From: Narcine bancroftii
Lineage: Eukaryota
Assembly (NCBI RefSeq): GCF_036971445.1
Contig: NC_091470.1
Location: 96,534,001 to 96,598,000, forward strand
DNA length: 64,000 nt
Direction: 5' to 3'
Shown here: one piece after another, positions 51,076 to 63,827 of the stretch
Numbering within the stretch: position 1 is the first letter of the stretch
Layout of the letters: each line of letters starts with the position of its first letter
The notes under the pieces: model-generated
Told to the model about the DNA's origin: nothing
The model's database searches: none
What the model saw: only the letters and a program-made list of their open reading frames with translations
Position numbers and translations under genes: made by a program

Positions 51076-52829
51076 TGGTGTTGGTGTTCAGTCGCCCTCG
51101 TGTATACTGAATCATTGCCCCTTTGTGTAAACTTCTTGCCGGGGAGTTGTTGTTTAAATATAACCTGATCATATGAGGCAAGAAAAGGGCAGAAAGACTA
51201 GATTGTAGAATTTAAGGGTGGACTTGGAATGTGATGCATTTCTGTGATAGCTGGAAGCCACACCCTGAGATTCCTGGATCTCAACAATTCATGTCATTAC
51301 CTATGAACATAACCCTTCCAACTAACCGACTGCCTCTGCAAGCTAGGTCGTCAATCCATCACTTACCTGTTTAAACCGACCATAATTTTATTTTGGACGT
51401 GTAAGTTGTAAATTGGGACGAGGGTGGTGGGTGAATTCTTCCATCCAAAATGGATCATTCCAGCCTTTTTTTTGGAGTCTGTTTAAAATCTCATCTGGAA
51501 AGTTAGTAGCATACAGGGGAAGGGGCGCCAGGACTTCTGAGCTCTGGAATCTGTGAAGCCCACCCTCCTTGTGGGGGGGGGGGTGGGGGAAAGAGGAGAT
51601 CTCTCACTGGGTGGTGATGGTGTGATGAAGGGCTCAAGCCTCCATATGACCCGCTGAGGTTCTTCAGCGCTGTGTTTTAACTACAACCGCGGTGTCTTCA
51701 GACTTCTATGTTTAACATTCGGTTACACTTGGAGCCAGCCCCCCATTTTGTGAGCCATGAGGTAGTATTTCCTTTAGGGCTTGTTCTCTTTTCCTTTGGA
51801 ATATAATCGGCTGCTTAAGGTGTCTTGCCTGGGTGGTGCGATCCTATCAGGTTCCTGATTGGGGAATCGTGCAGTCTTACATTGCCTTTGATCAGGCGTG
51901 TTTTTTAATTCGCATGAGCCCTCGTGATGTTGCATTTCCCGCCATACATCCATGTTTTGGCTAGCGTCCAGCAGAAGTAAGGATTCTGGTAAATGCATGC
52001 TTAGGAAGCGGATGTTAGCATTTCAGGATATTTGGCTTCTGAGAGTTTCACTGAGTTAAAGCTTCCTGAAGAAAATTTCCAGCAGACTCCCGACTCCTCC
52101 TCTTCCTCTCGTCATATTGGTCTCCAGCCTGGCAAACTTCCCGATTATTAGTCCCGCCACGTGCTGCCTCATTACTGCCTCTCCTATTGCTGCGATTGGG
52201 GGGGAGGCAGTTCTGAGCACATACTAAATTTGAGTTAGTGAGTGGCCCTTTCAAGCTGCTGTGTAAAATGGGGTTAACTGGGCAATTTGCCTGGTTGGCG
52301 CACCACTCACACAACAGGTTAGAAGGGTCTGACCTGGTGAGTATTGGGTCGTCCCAATTCGACCGGGACCCTGCCCTAACTCGGAGGTAGTCAGGGAACC
52401 CGGTAATACTCACCTGGGTTGTGTCCTCCTGGGGCTTGAAACTGAAAATGGCCGACCCGGTTGTTCCGGTGATGTCAGTGCTTGTGCACTGGTGTCACAG
52501 GGAAACCCCTGGTGAAGTGCCTGCCATGATCTGGGGTGGGTGGGTGGGGTGGGGGGGGGAGAAGTCGCTGCCGCGGGGCTGGGCGTTGGGAGGAGGGGGG
52601 AGTGCCACGATCAAAGGGAGAAGGTTCGACTGCCACGGGGAAGGGGCAAGGGGTCGGCTTCTGCGGCGTGGGGTTGAGTGCGGTTGATGGTGGGAGGGAG
52701 ACTGACAGCTAGTGGGGGAGTGACTGACAGCTGGGGGGGGTGATGGGGGAGACTAGTTTGCATGACACACCGCATCATCGCAGGGGCGGGATTCTCTGGG
52801 TTGGTGATTTACTGGGACTCTACCCCTCC

Positions 52830-53341
52830 CTCACACCCCTAACGTCGAGGTACTCGAGATGGCAGAGGTCGACAGCATCGAGTCCACGCTGCTGAAGATC
52901 CAGCTGCGCTGGATGGGTCACGTCTCCAGAATGGAGGACCATCGCCTTCCCAAGATCGTATTATATGGCGAGCTCTCCACTGGCCACCGTGACAGAGGTG
53001 CACCAAAGAAAAGGTACAAGGACTGCCTAAAGAAATCTCTTGGTGCCTGCCACATTGACCACCGCCAGTGGGCTGATAACGCCTCAAACCGTGCATCTTG
53101 GCGCCTCACAGTTTGGCGGGCAGCAGCCTCCTTTGAAGAAGACCGCAGAGCCCACCTCACTGACAAAAGGCAAAGGAGGAAAAACCCAACACCCAACCCC
53201 AACCAACCAATTTTCCCTTGCAACCGCTGCAATCGTGTCTGCCTGTCCCGCATCGGACTGGTCAGCCACAAACGAGCCTGCAGCTGACGTGGACTTTTTA
53301 CCCCCTCCATAAATCTTCGTCCGCGAAGCCAAGCCAAAGAG
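52830..53341 (+). mobile_element. RTE-clade LINE 3' end (open reading frame)
   Basis: Near-identical to 46424-46920; CNRCNRVCLSRIGLVSHKRACS. Confidence 0.85.
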
Positions 53342-54359
53342 ACCCCTCCCTCAGCTTAAAAGGTGCTGGAGGTACCTTTGCCCCACTAATCGCACCTGGG
53401 TCCCAGGAGGGAGACTCAGGGACTGCAGCTTAAAGGCACCTATTGAAAGGGGAAGTTCAACCTGCAGATATCTCCCCTCTGGCCATTGTGGGAGGAGCTG
53501 CTCTGCCTCTAAAATGAGCTGCAATGTTGTTCTCAATGCACCAGGTGATGGTTCATCCTCGAATAGCCCTGACTGGGGAGCCCCCAACTTGATCAAAATG
53601 GGTTGAAGACCTTGCTGCCTTTTGGCGAGACTTCTTGTCTGCCTCGTTGTGTTGAGGTGCTCTCTCTACACTGCCTTCAGTCTGCTGCAGTTTTCAGGAA
53701 TCTTCTATCTCCTCTGGCAGCTTTCTCCCTGCTGATTTTTCTTTTATTAATGTGAGAAATATAAGGAAGAACTTATTGCTTCATTCCTCTTGGAATTCCT
53801 TTGCATTCGGATCATGAGGCAAATTTGTTTTGTTAGTTGAACAATAGAAGAAATCCCATGAACGATTAAATCCAGAAACTGGCACATCATTGGGATTTCT
53901 GAATGGTTGGGTCTCGGATTATTGGGATTTTATAGCATTTCCCCACCCTCATGACTTCTGACCAGTGTCCTGTCCAAGATAGACAAGGGTGGTGCATTGC
54001 CTCAGTCCAGGGTTGGAGGAGGGCACGATTGCAGGAATGGGTGAGTTGACAGATCAGAATTTGTTGTCGGGAACAAATCATGAGATTCATTGTTTTGTGG
54101 CAGCATCACAGAGCAAACGTTTATATAAACCACCTTACAACAATAAATAAAAATAGTGCATGAAAAGTAAGGCAGTATCTTTGGTTCATTGAATATTCAC
54201 CAATCTGATGGCAGCAGGAAAGAAGCTGTCCTTGTGCCGTTGAGTGCTTGTTTTTAGGCTCCTGTACCTTTTCCCAATGGTAGCAGAGTGAAGAGGGCCT
54301 GGCCTGGGTGGTGGGGGTCTTTGAGGATAGAGGATGCTTTCTTTTTATTTTGAAGTTTT

Positions 54360-56981
54360 TATTTAAAAAAAAATTATTTTCACACTATGAACCATATTGA
54401 CCAAAATAAACAAACATTTTCCTCTTGAATATACACAGTGTCATTTTCTCCCCTTTATCCCCCTCCCTTTCCACCCCCCTCCTCACCCACTCAATGTTCA
54501 ACATATACAATACATTAAACCCATTAAACAATGTCATCATACAATGAAAATAAACAAGAAAATGGTGTCATCTACTTTTACACACTGGGTCAGTTCATTT
54601 CGTCTTCTTCTCATTCTGTCATTTTAGGGGGTGGAGGTCCGCGGTAGGACTTCTCTGTTGTGTTCCATGTACAGTTCCCAAATTTGTTCAAATACTGTGA
54701 TGTTATTTCTTAAATTATATGTTATTTTTTCCAATGGAATACATTTATTCATTTCCATGTACCGTTGCTGTATTCTCAAGCTATCTTCTGATTTCCAGTT
54801 TGACATTATACATTTTTTTGCTGCAGCTAAAAATAAATCTTTTTTGTGCTCCATCCAAATCGAAGCCAAGTTCTTTACTTCTTATATTACTTAGAAGAAA
54901 GATCTCTGGATTTTTTGGTATGTTATTTTTTGTGATTTTATTTAATACCTGATTTAGATCTTCCCAAAACTTTTCCACTTTCTCACATGCCCAAATTGCA
55001 TGTCCTGTTGTTCCCATTTACTTCTTACAGTGTAAACCTCTATCTGATACGGTTGGGTGCCATTTATTTAACTTTTGTGGTGTGGTGTATAGCCTGTGTA
55101 ACCAATTATATTGTATCATGCGTAACCTCGTGTTTATTGTATTTCTCATAGTTCCGGAGCATAGCTTTTCCCATGTTTCATTCTTTATCTTTATGTTTAG
55201 ATTTTGTTCCCACTTTTGTTTGGGTTTACAGCTTATTTCATCCTTCTCTTTCTCTTGCAGTTTGATGTACATGTTTGTTATAAATCTTTTAATTATCATT
55301 GTGTCTGTAATCACACATTCAAAACTGCTTCCTTCTGGTAACCTCAGCCTGCTTCCCAATATGTGCTTCAAGTAGGTTTTCAGTTGGTGGTATGCAAACA
55401 TCGTACTGTGAGTTATTCCATATTTGTCCGTCATTTGTTCAAAAGATAATCATTTATTTCCCGAAAAACAATTTTCTATTCTTTTGATCTCTTTTCTCTC
55501 CCATTCTCGAAAGGAAAGGTTATCTATGGTGAAAGGGATTAGTTGATTTTGCATCAATATTAATTTTGGTAGTTGATCATTTGTTTTTTTCCTTTCTACG
55601 TGAATCTTCTTCCAAATGTTGACCAGATGGTGCAATACTGGTGAAATCCCATGTTGCACCAGCTTTTTATCCCACTTATATAGTATATGTTTAGGTACCT
55701 TCTCCCCTATTTTATCTAGCTCTAATCTGGTCCAAACTGGTTTTTCCCTTGTTTGATAAAAATCTGATAGGTATTTTAATTGTGTTGCTCTATAATAATT
55801 CTTAAAGTTTGGTAGCTGCAAGCCCCCTTGTTTGTACCATTCTGTTAATTTATTTAGCGCTATCCTCTGTTTCCCCCCTTTCCATAAGAATTTCCTATTA
55901 TTTTCTTTAGCTCCTTAAAGAACTTCTCTGTTAAGTGAATTGGTAACGATTGAAATAGGTATTGTATCCTTGGGAAGATATTCATTTTAATGCAATTTAC
56001 CCTTCCTATCACTGTTAGTGTTAAATCTTTCCAATGTTCTAAGTCATCTTATAATTTCTTCATTAATGGCTGATAATTTAATTTGTATAGATGGCCTAGA
56101 TTATTATCTAGTTGAAAACCTAGATATCGGATTGCTTGTGTTTGCCATTTAAATGGTGATTCTTTCTTAAACTTTGTGAAATCCGCATTATTCATTGGCA
56201 TCGCTTCACTTTTATTTGCATTGATCTTGAATCCCGATACTTCTCCATATTCCTTCAATTTCTTATGTAATTCTTTTATTGATAATTCTGGTTCTGTTAA
56301 GTATACTATGACGTCATCTGCAAATAGACTGATTTTATATTCCTTCTCTTTTATTTTTATCCCTCTTATTTTATTTTCTGTTCATATCAGTTCTGCCAAG
56401 GGTTCTATAGCTAATGCAAACAGTGGGGGAGATAGTGGACATCCCTGCCTAGTTGATCTGCTTAATTTAAATTGGTTTGATATATATCCATTTACTGTCA
56501 CCTTCACCAATGGTCCCTTATATAATGCTTTAATCCATTATATTTCTCTGGTAGGTTGAACCTCTGTAGACTTTGAATAAATAATTCCATTCTACTCTGT
56601 GAAAGGCTTTCTCTGCATCTAAGGCAACCAGCACTGTTGGCATCTTGTTTCCTTATACTGCATGGATTAAGTTCATGAACTTACAGATATTGTCCGTTGT
56701 TCGACTTTTCTTAATAAATCCAGTTTGATGTAGTTTTACTATTTTTGGTACACAGTCGTCCAATCTGTTTGGTAATAGCTATTATCTTATAATTTGAGTT
56801 GAGTCGAGATATTGGTCTATATGATGCTGGTGTTACTGTAATTATTGCTGTTTTGCATGAATCTGGCATGTTTTGTGTTTCTTTAGTCTGGTTCATTACT
56901 TCCAGGAGAGGAGTAATTAATAAGTCTTTAAATGTTTTATAGAATTCTATTGGGAGTCCGTCCTCTCCCGGCGTTTTATTG
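54360..56981 (-). mobile_element. 5'-truncated family-B L1, 2.6 kb, next to a Rex-like fragment (54050-54340)
   Basis: Collinear with 10230-12885; 15-bp TSD ttattttgaagtttt at 54345-54359 and 56982-56996. Confidence 0.9.
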
Positions 56982-59399
56982 TTATTTTGAAGTTTTAATT
57001 CAATTATTTACTGCAGTTAAGGTCGGGAATACACTGGAACACACATTTCATATTCAACTACAATATGTTGACCATCTCAAACACACATTCAACAATTGTC
57101 GTCACTTCAGTGGTAACCTTGCCCCTGATGCTGGCTGCAGATTTTTTTTTATTCGAGGGACCAATTTTGTTGTTTTTGTCGTTTCCTGTTGGTTTCTGTC
57201 AGCTTGGAGCAGATCACTAACAGCACTGAAGAGAAAAAAAAACATGTTATGAAAAGAAAAAGAACAAAGTGATTTTAGTTGGAAGTAAAGTCACATCACA
57301 TCTTTCCACCAATGTAACGAGTTAATTTTTTCAAACCAACTTTTTAATAATTCCCTCAAATTTTCCTATGCCCACTAAAATATTCTTAAGCCCCATGGCC
57401 CCACATTTTTAAAATAATTTTTTAATTTAGTACTTCACCACAAACCATGTCAAGAACAATATATACAAATATTCATCATTAAAATATACACAGTGACATT
57501 TTCATTTTCCATCCCCTATTAAGTAAAGCAAGAAATAAAAGAAAGAAGAAAAAAAAATAAACAATAAAGCACACTGAAGAAAAGATGTCGTTGATGGAGT
57601 GAAGTCTGGCGCCTGTGATGTCTCAGGCCAAGTTAACAACCCTCTGGTGTTTTTTTTTATCACGTCCTGAGTGTTGTTACCTCCATACTGGACAGTGATG
57701 CAACCAGCCAGAATAATCTCCACAGTTCGACTGTAGAAATTTTCAAGATTCAGTGACACACCAAATGGTCATTTTGGTAAGCAAAAATGAATAAGAAGCC
57801 TGGCTGAGATTTTAAAGAGATCTGGGTGACTTTGTAGACCACAGCGAATGTGCAGGGGATGCAGGCAGGAGTGAAGGCTTTTGTTGCAAGAGGTTTTGGA
57901 GTAAGGAGAACGAGGACATCTCGGTGTAGCTGCACAACAAAACCATAGCTGGATTACTGCGTGCAGTTATGGTCTCCTTACTTTGGCGGGGATGCACTCT
58001 CTGCAGAAGGAAGGAACGCTGTGAAGGTTCACCAGCCTGACTCCTGGGTTGTCAGGTGTCATTGCGGGAGAAGACGTTGAAGTTTAGAAGACTGAGTTTT
58101 TGGGGGGTGGGGTCTCAGTGAAGCATGCAAAGTTTTGCAGGGCAAACCTGGCTTGGTTGCGGCAACAGCTGGGGCATCTAAAGCAGGGCTCACAACCTTG
58201 AGGTTCTTGAACAAAACATTAGAACCGAGGATGAGGAGAGGCTGGAAAGATGGTCAACCTGTGAAATTCTTGGCGAGGGCCAAGTTGCTGAATATCCTCC
58301 GGAAGAGATTTCTGTGCACAAAAAAGAAAATAGCAAGAGGTGATGTAGGCAGGTGGTCAGAGGGCAAAGGGCTCAAAGGACAAAACGCTCTTGTTTGTAT
58401 CAATCCCCAAACCTCTTCCAAAGCAGGACAGATGGGAGATTGGGAAGGGATAGGAATGACCCCCCCCCCCCCCCACCCCACCCCAGGACCCTGCTCAAAG
58501 TTTATGGGCCTCCTTCCCTGTGAAGCCATCGAGTCTTGGTTTCTTCCATACTTCTCTTCTACAGATTACATAATTTTAAATATTTTAAGTGAGGATTAAA
58601 AGAAAACCAGGCTTTTATTTCAATGTGCTGTAGCCCCAGGGAGGATGGCTGCACCACAGCACAGAAACGGGGCATTCGCTCCTTCTAGTCTGCTGAACTA
58701 TTATTTTGACCTTCACCCAAACCATATCCCTCTCGTCCATGTACCTGTTCAAAATTTTCTTGAATATCAAAATTGAACCTGCGCTCACCAATTCAACTGG
58801 CAGCTCGTTCCACACTCCTCTACTTTTTCTCTCTCTTAACCTCAGTGGAAAAGCCTGTTTGCATTTACTCTGTTACCCCTTCAAAATTTGTTGTTCTGAA
58901 ACATTTTAATGCCTCCATCCTGACCCCTAAAACAGAAATTTTTGTTTTGAAAAGCTGCAGGTTTTTTTCTGGTGTGCAGCTTCCAAAGCAAATCAGTTGC
59001 TGGGAAATTTTCAATCCGAGTTTGTGACTTCCATTGGCACAGGAAAGTGATTTTAAACTATAGGTCTGAGTACAAATTGCTGGAGGTCTCTGGTAGTGAC
59101 TTGCTTGAATTGTAAAGTTCATCTGGATGAAATGGCCTTGTTCATTCCTGGATGTAAGAACACAAACATATATAGACATAGCGCACATTTTCAAATGATT
59201 TATACGCAGTGCATATATAAAAATAAATATTGTTAAATAAATAGTAGAGCTGGGATAGCTAACTTTAATGTTTAATTTCGGCCCACAAGTACATACCAGG
59301 GTTGTAGGTTAATTGGGCGACACTGACTCGTGGGCTGAAATGGCCTGTTACTGTGCAGTACGTGTAAATTTAAAGGTTGGCCACGCCTGCTAAAGTCTC

Positions 59400-59880
59400 G
59401 GATGGTCAGTGTGAGCAGTTCCTTTGGTCGTTCAGCATTCTCACTGCCCATGGAAGAAGCTGTTCCTCAGCCTGGTGGTGCCGGCTCTGAAACTCTCCGA
59501 CAGGAGCAGCTGAAAGATGCCGAGTGCGGGGTGGAAGGGGTCCCTTTAATGATTTTGCTCGGCCTCTTTACCCAACGATCCCAGTAGATCATGCCGATGG
59601 GGAGGGAGTCTCCAGCGATCCTCTCTGTTGCTCTTACGGTCCTGTGGCTTGACTGCTGACCCAATGCTCTGCAGCAACCGTACCACACGGTGATGCAACA
59701 GGCCAGGATGCTTTCAACAGAGCACCTGTAGAAGGTTGACATGATGGTGGCTGGTAGTGTTCCCCTCTGTCCTCGCAGAAAGTGCAGTTGCTGTGGCTCT
59801 TTCCTGACAAGTGAGGAGATGTTGAGTGTCTCTGAGGAACTTGGTGTTCTCTACACTCTCCACAGCGTTACTAGAGATGA
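59400..59880 (-). mobile_element. Rex1/Babar-like LINE fragment
   Basis: STFYRCSVESILACCITVWYG. Confidence 0.75.
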
Positions 59881-60646
59881 GATGCAGGTTACCCCTGGCT
59901 CCTCTAGCTTGAGGAACTGATTGGCCTTGTGCTTTGTTGTTGATGGCCAATTATGGGAGAGGTCCTTGTGACAAGGTTGGGGCGATGCCAGTGGAAGTCT
60001 CTTACCTCCCCACTGAAAGAAGGGGAATGTGCCGTTAGCATCACTTGCATGTGGGCAACTCCTCCCTGTAGCTCAGAATGACCGAGGGTTGGTGCACCAC
60101 ACAATGTCCCAGTGGCAAACTGGGATCTTCCCCTGCCTCATCTTGGACTTCCTTGTGACGAGGGTTGCAGATCCGAAACATTTTCCCTTTCCCTTCCCAC
60201 AGAGATTTCCTGCTTTTGAACCTCCCATTCAAAGCAGAAAATGGGCACTCAGCAGCAAATATCCTCTGCGAGTCCAAGGGTAAGCGAAGAAGGATGAGAG
60301 AGCGACCAGATTCTGAGAGGCATAGATAGGGTGGGCAGCCAGCACCTGTTTCCCAGGCCAGGAGTAGCAAATGCCAGGGGACGTCTGAACAAAGTGAAGG
60401 GGAGACATCAGGGGTAAGTTTTTTTTTACAGAGAGTTGTAGGGGTCTGGAATATGTTGTCAGGGATGATGGTGGAGGCTTAAACAAAGGACCATTTAAGG
60501 GACTCTTGCCTTTATTTTAACAACAGAACTTGTGTGATTTCTCCATTTTGAAGTGTCTCCCCTAGAATTGCCGTTCACACTGGAGCGACCAAAACTCCAA
60601 ATATCCATATCCCCTACGAGTTTAGCCAGAATACCTGGTGCGGTAT

Positions 60647-61347
60647 TGTAGAGCTCGTCGAAAGAACCAAAGACTTGTTGATCCAAACCAAGGCTTTTAT
60701 TAGCAAAAGACAGGAGCTCTTCACAGGTGGCCAACCAGTCTGGAATGATCCGACCTGGCTAGGGACACAACCCTTTAAGGCCCAGACAGTAGGCGTGGCT
60801 AAGCTCTCAGCCAATCGCTGTAAGCACAGTCATTACACTCTAGATACTGTAACTATATACATTGGTGATAGGTCTGTACTATCACATTCACCCCTTCTTG
60901 GAGAACTGACCCTGGGGTGGAAGGGCTGAAGAGGGAGAAGGGAAGGAAAAAAAAAACGAGGGAGAGAATGAATGGAAGGGGTAGGTTAAGGACTGTAGCT
61001 GTCAGGGGGTCTGACCATCTGGCGTGACCGCCGTGGTCCCGGGATTGGGGTCACTGGAGTGGTGTCGCCAGCAGGCTCGTCGGGTGCGATCGCTCCTTCG
61101 CTCAATTGCCCAGCCGTGTTGTCGGCAGGGTGGCCCGGGTCGTTGGGGTCTACAATTTTATTAGCAAAAGACAGGAGCTCTTCGCAGGTGGCCGACCAGT
61201 CCGGAATGATCCGACCTGGCTAGGGACACAACCCTTTAAGGCCCAGACAGTAGGTGTGGCTAAGCTCTCAGCCAATCGCTGTAAGCACAGTCATTACACT
61301 CTAGATACTGTAACTATATACATTGGTGATAGGCCTGTACTATCACA
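60647..61347 (-). mobile_element. Internally deleted gypsy LTR retrotransposon, 701 bp
   Basis: Complete 3' LTR 60647-60886; PPT aagaaggggtgaa; integrase tail PRRSRQMVRPPDSYSP*; truncated 5' LTR about 61155-61347; 5-bp TSD GGTAT at 60642-60646 and 61348-61352. Confidence 0.9.
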
Positions 61348-62984
61348 GGTATTTAAGGAGGCTGGACGTCCTATTCATTCACCTGTTGTTCATGGATCGC
61401 CAGCAGCTCAATGTAGTCCGCAGGCTACCCGCAAAAATAACTAGAGGTCGAGGAGGTTAAATGTCGAAACAGGGACGAGACCTTGTTCCCTTTCCAATCT
61501 CTACCCAGACTGAGTTCTGGGGAATTGGGAATCATTTCCTGGATCGCAGCAGCTGTGTGAAAACATTAGGCAAGCACATGGAGGAAAGGAAAACGGAGGG
61601 TTATGAGGTAAGGAAGAGTTTAGTTTTTTGGGGTCAACACAACATTGAGGGCTGAAGGTGCTGTACTTTTCTACGAACAACTATTGGACACTTAATATGG
61701 TGAAAAGTCGCAGATGATTAGCTCACCTGGAAGTTTATTATCTGTCCATCTTGGCTATTGCTTGTCTTTTTAAATTCGATCACATTTACCATTATAGTTT
61801 TTTTTTTAAACGAAGACCTGTTTGGCCACAGCAAGAAAGAACGTTGGTGTGTATACGTTGAACAGTGTGTACGACAATAAACTCACCATCATCCTTCATT
61901 TCTGGGGTTTGCCTGGTTGACCCACTGCCTCACTGTTTCAGCCGCCAGGTAAAAATCTGCTCTCTGGTGCTTTCTGTGTGGAATTTGCCTGATCTTCCTA
62001 TGACCGGTTCCCTTTCCCACTCCAAAGATGTGCATAACTCCCAGTGGGTGGCTGAGGGGTGGAATCTGCGATGTGGGAAGAATAGAACAGTGTTTAAAGT
62101 TTGACTGGGACTCATTGGGCCTTAATCCTGGCTTCACAACTTTATACCGCTAATACATTCACAGTTTCTATCCTGGCTTTTAGCATGTTTTGGACATTGC
62201 TCCTGAAAAGAAAATCATTATCAGATTCTCCCCCCCTCAATCTGTCACCCTTGATCTCCTTTCTTCACCAATTATTGTTCCTGCCACCCATCCACATTGC
62301 ACAGAACTCGGGAGGCTTTGGTGCATTGCCAGGGAGCCAGTTCGCGAAGCTTCCAGGGATTTCTGTTAATCGCACTGCTAACTCACCATCTATATGAAGG
62401 ACTTGTGCCTCGGACTCTTGTTTTTTGATGTGTGCTCTGAGGTGGACTGAGTTAGCACGACTTTAGTCAACGTGAGACTTCCCCTCTCCCGTTGTAACGT
62501 TTTCTACAGTGGTCCAGGCTGTTTGTATTTCGTAAATATGCCAGACTGTCTTCCGAAAATCACTGGAAGGAGAATGCACAAAGGCAATGGTGGGTGGGGG
62601 GGTGCTGGCTTCCCCGGCTTTCAGTTTGTGACTTGAGTTTTGTGTGAATGGGGTAAATTGTAAGTTAATGTAGTACTTGTAACTTTGGATTAAGAATAAT
62701 AAAGGGGCAGTGTTGATTTACCACCAAAAAGGCAAAAAATGGGAGCAGTTCGGGGGGGGGGGGGGAGGGGGCAGTACTGAAGGAGGGGCAGTACTGGGGA
62801 GGGCCGCATTACAGGACAGGAAGTACTGAGGGGTGCAGTATATTTGGGAGCTTTTGTTATTTGAATAAGTTCAAAACTGAGGATGATTGTGACAGCTTGA
62901 TGGGAGGGTTGAGAAGCCTCGTGGTGTGCTTGCCTTCACTGTAAAATGTGTTTTGTTCTTCTCAATGGTCCATGGCACATTTAA

Positions 62985-63385
62985 TTGGAACATCACAGGA
63001 TATAAGGCCCATTAGCCCATCGAGCCTGCACCACCATTTTAATCATGAGCTGATTCTCTTCCCGTCACCCTTGATCCCTGACTAATCAAATACCTGTCAT
63101 TCTCTGCCTTAAACACACCCTAGTGACCTCACTTCCACAGGCATCTGTGGCAACAGGTTCCAGACTCACCACCTTTTGACTGAAATTTTTTTCCTCTCTT
63201 TTAAATTGACGCCCTTTTATCCTGAAGTTGTACCCTTTGGGCCTAGACTCTCCGACGATGGGAAACAACCTTGCTACATCTGCTCTGTCCAGGCCTTGCA
63301 GCATTCAGAGGTTCCCCCTCATCCTCCTGTATTCCATTGAGTACAGTCCTAGAGCCGACAAACATTCCTCATGTGCTAACCCCAT
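62985..63385 (-). mobile_element. CR1 LINE 3' fragment
   Basis: LQGLDRADVARLFPIVGESRPKGYNFRIKG. Confidence 0.75.
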
Positions 63386-63827
63386 ATTTAATCCTTGAAT
63401 ATTTTACCCTGACAGAAGCCCCCACTTGATCAAATGGGTCATGATCTGGGTACCTTTTGCAGGCTCTTCTGACCCAGGAATAATGGTCTCTATGCCAATT
63501 TCATGACCTCGTCCCTCCTCTCTCTTCCTCCAGCCCTACAACTCTCCAAGTCTCCACCCTATATTTCCAGCCTCTCGCACCTTTGACCTTAATCTGTACT
63601 AATGATATCCATGCTTTCAGTAGGCCCTGAGCTCTGGGATTCCCTCCTGAAATCTCAAAGATGCTCGTTAAAACCTATTCTGAGGCCTAGCTTCTCGCTG
63701 TCTACGGTAGAGGCCCAAAAATACGGCTGCCAGAAACCCAGACCACCCTAGAATTGGGACTTTTTGAAAGCTCTCAAACTTTTATCATTTAGTGGGCTTT
63801 TGCGTGCGTGTATAAGCACCACAGGAC

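Larger units (their letters stand above)
39590..63515 (-). pseudogene. Decayed multi-exon protein-coding gene; ankyrin plus pseudokinase plus long tail, TEX14-like (tentative)
   Basis: More than 12 minus-strand segments with AG/GT ends, several phase-compatible, e.g. 62562-62387, 62202-62148, 62065-61887, 61440-60510, 52530-52414, 51494-51367, 48097-47675, 39769-39590; in-frame stops; exons split by LTR and L1; motifs MHIFGVGK, TAPGIL..DIWSFG, IMTHLIKWG. Confidence 0.6.
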
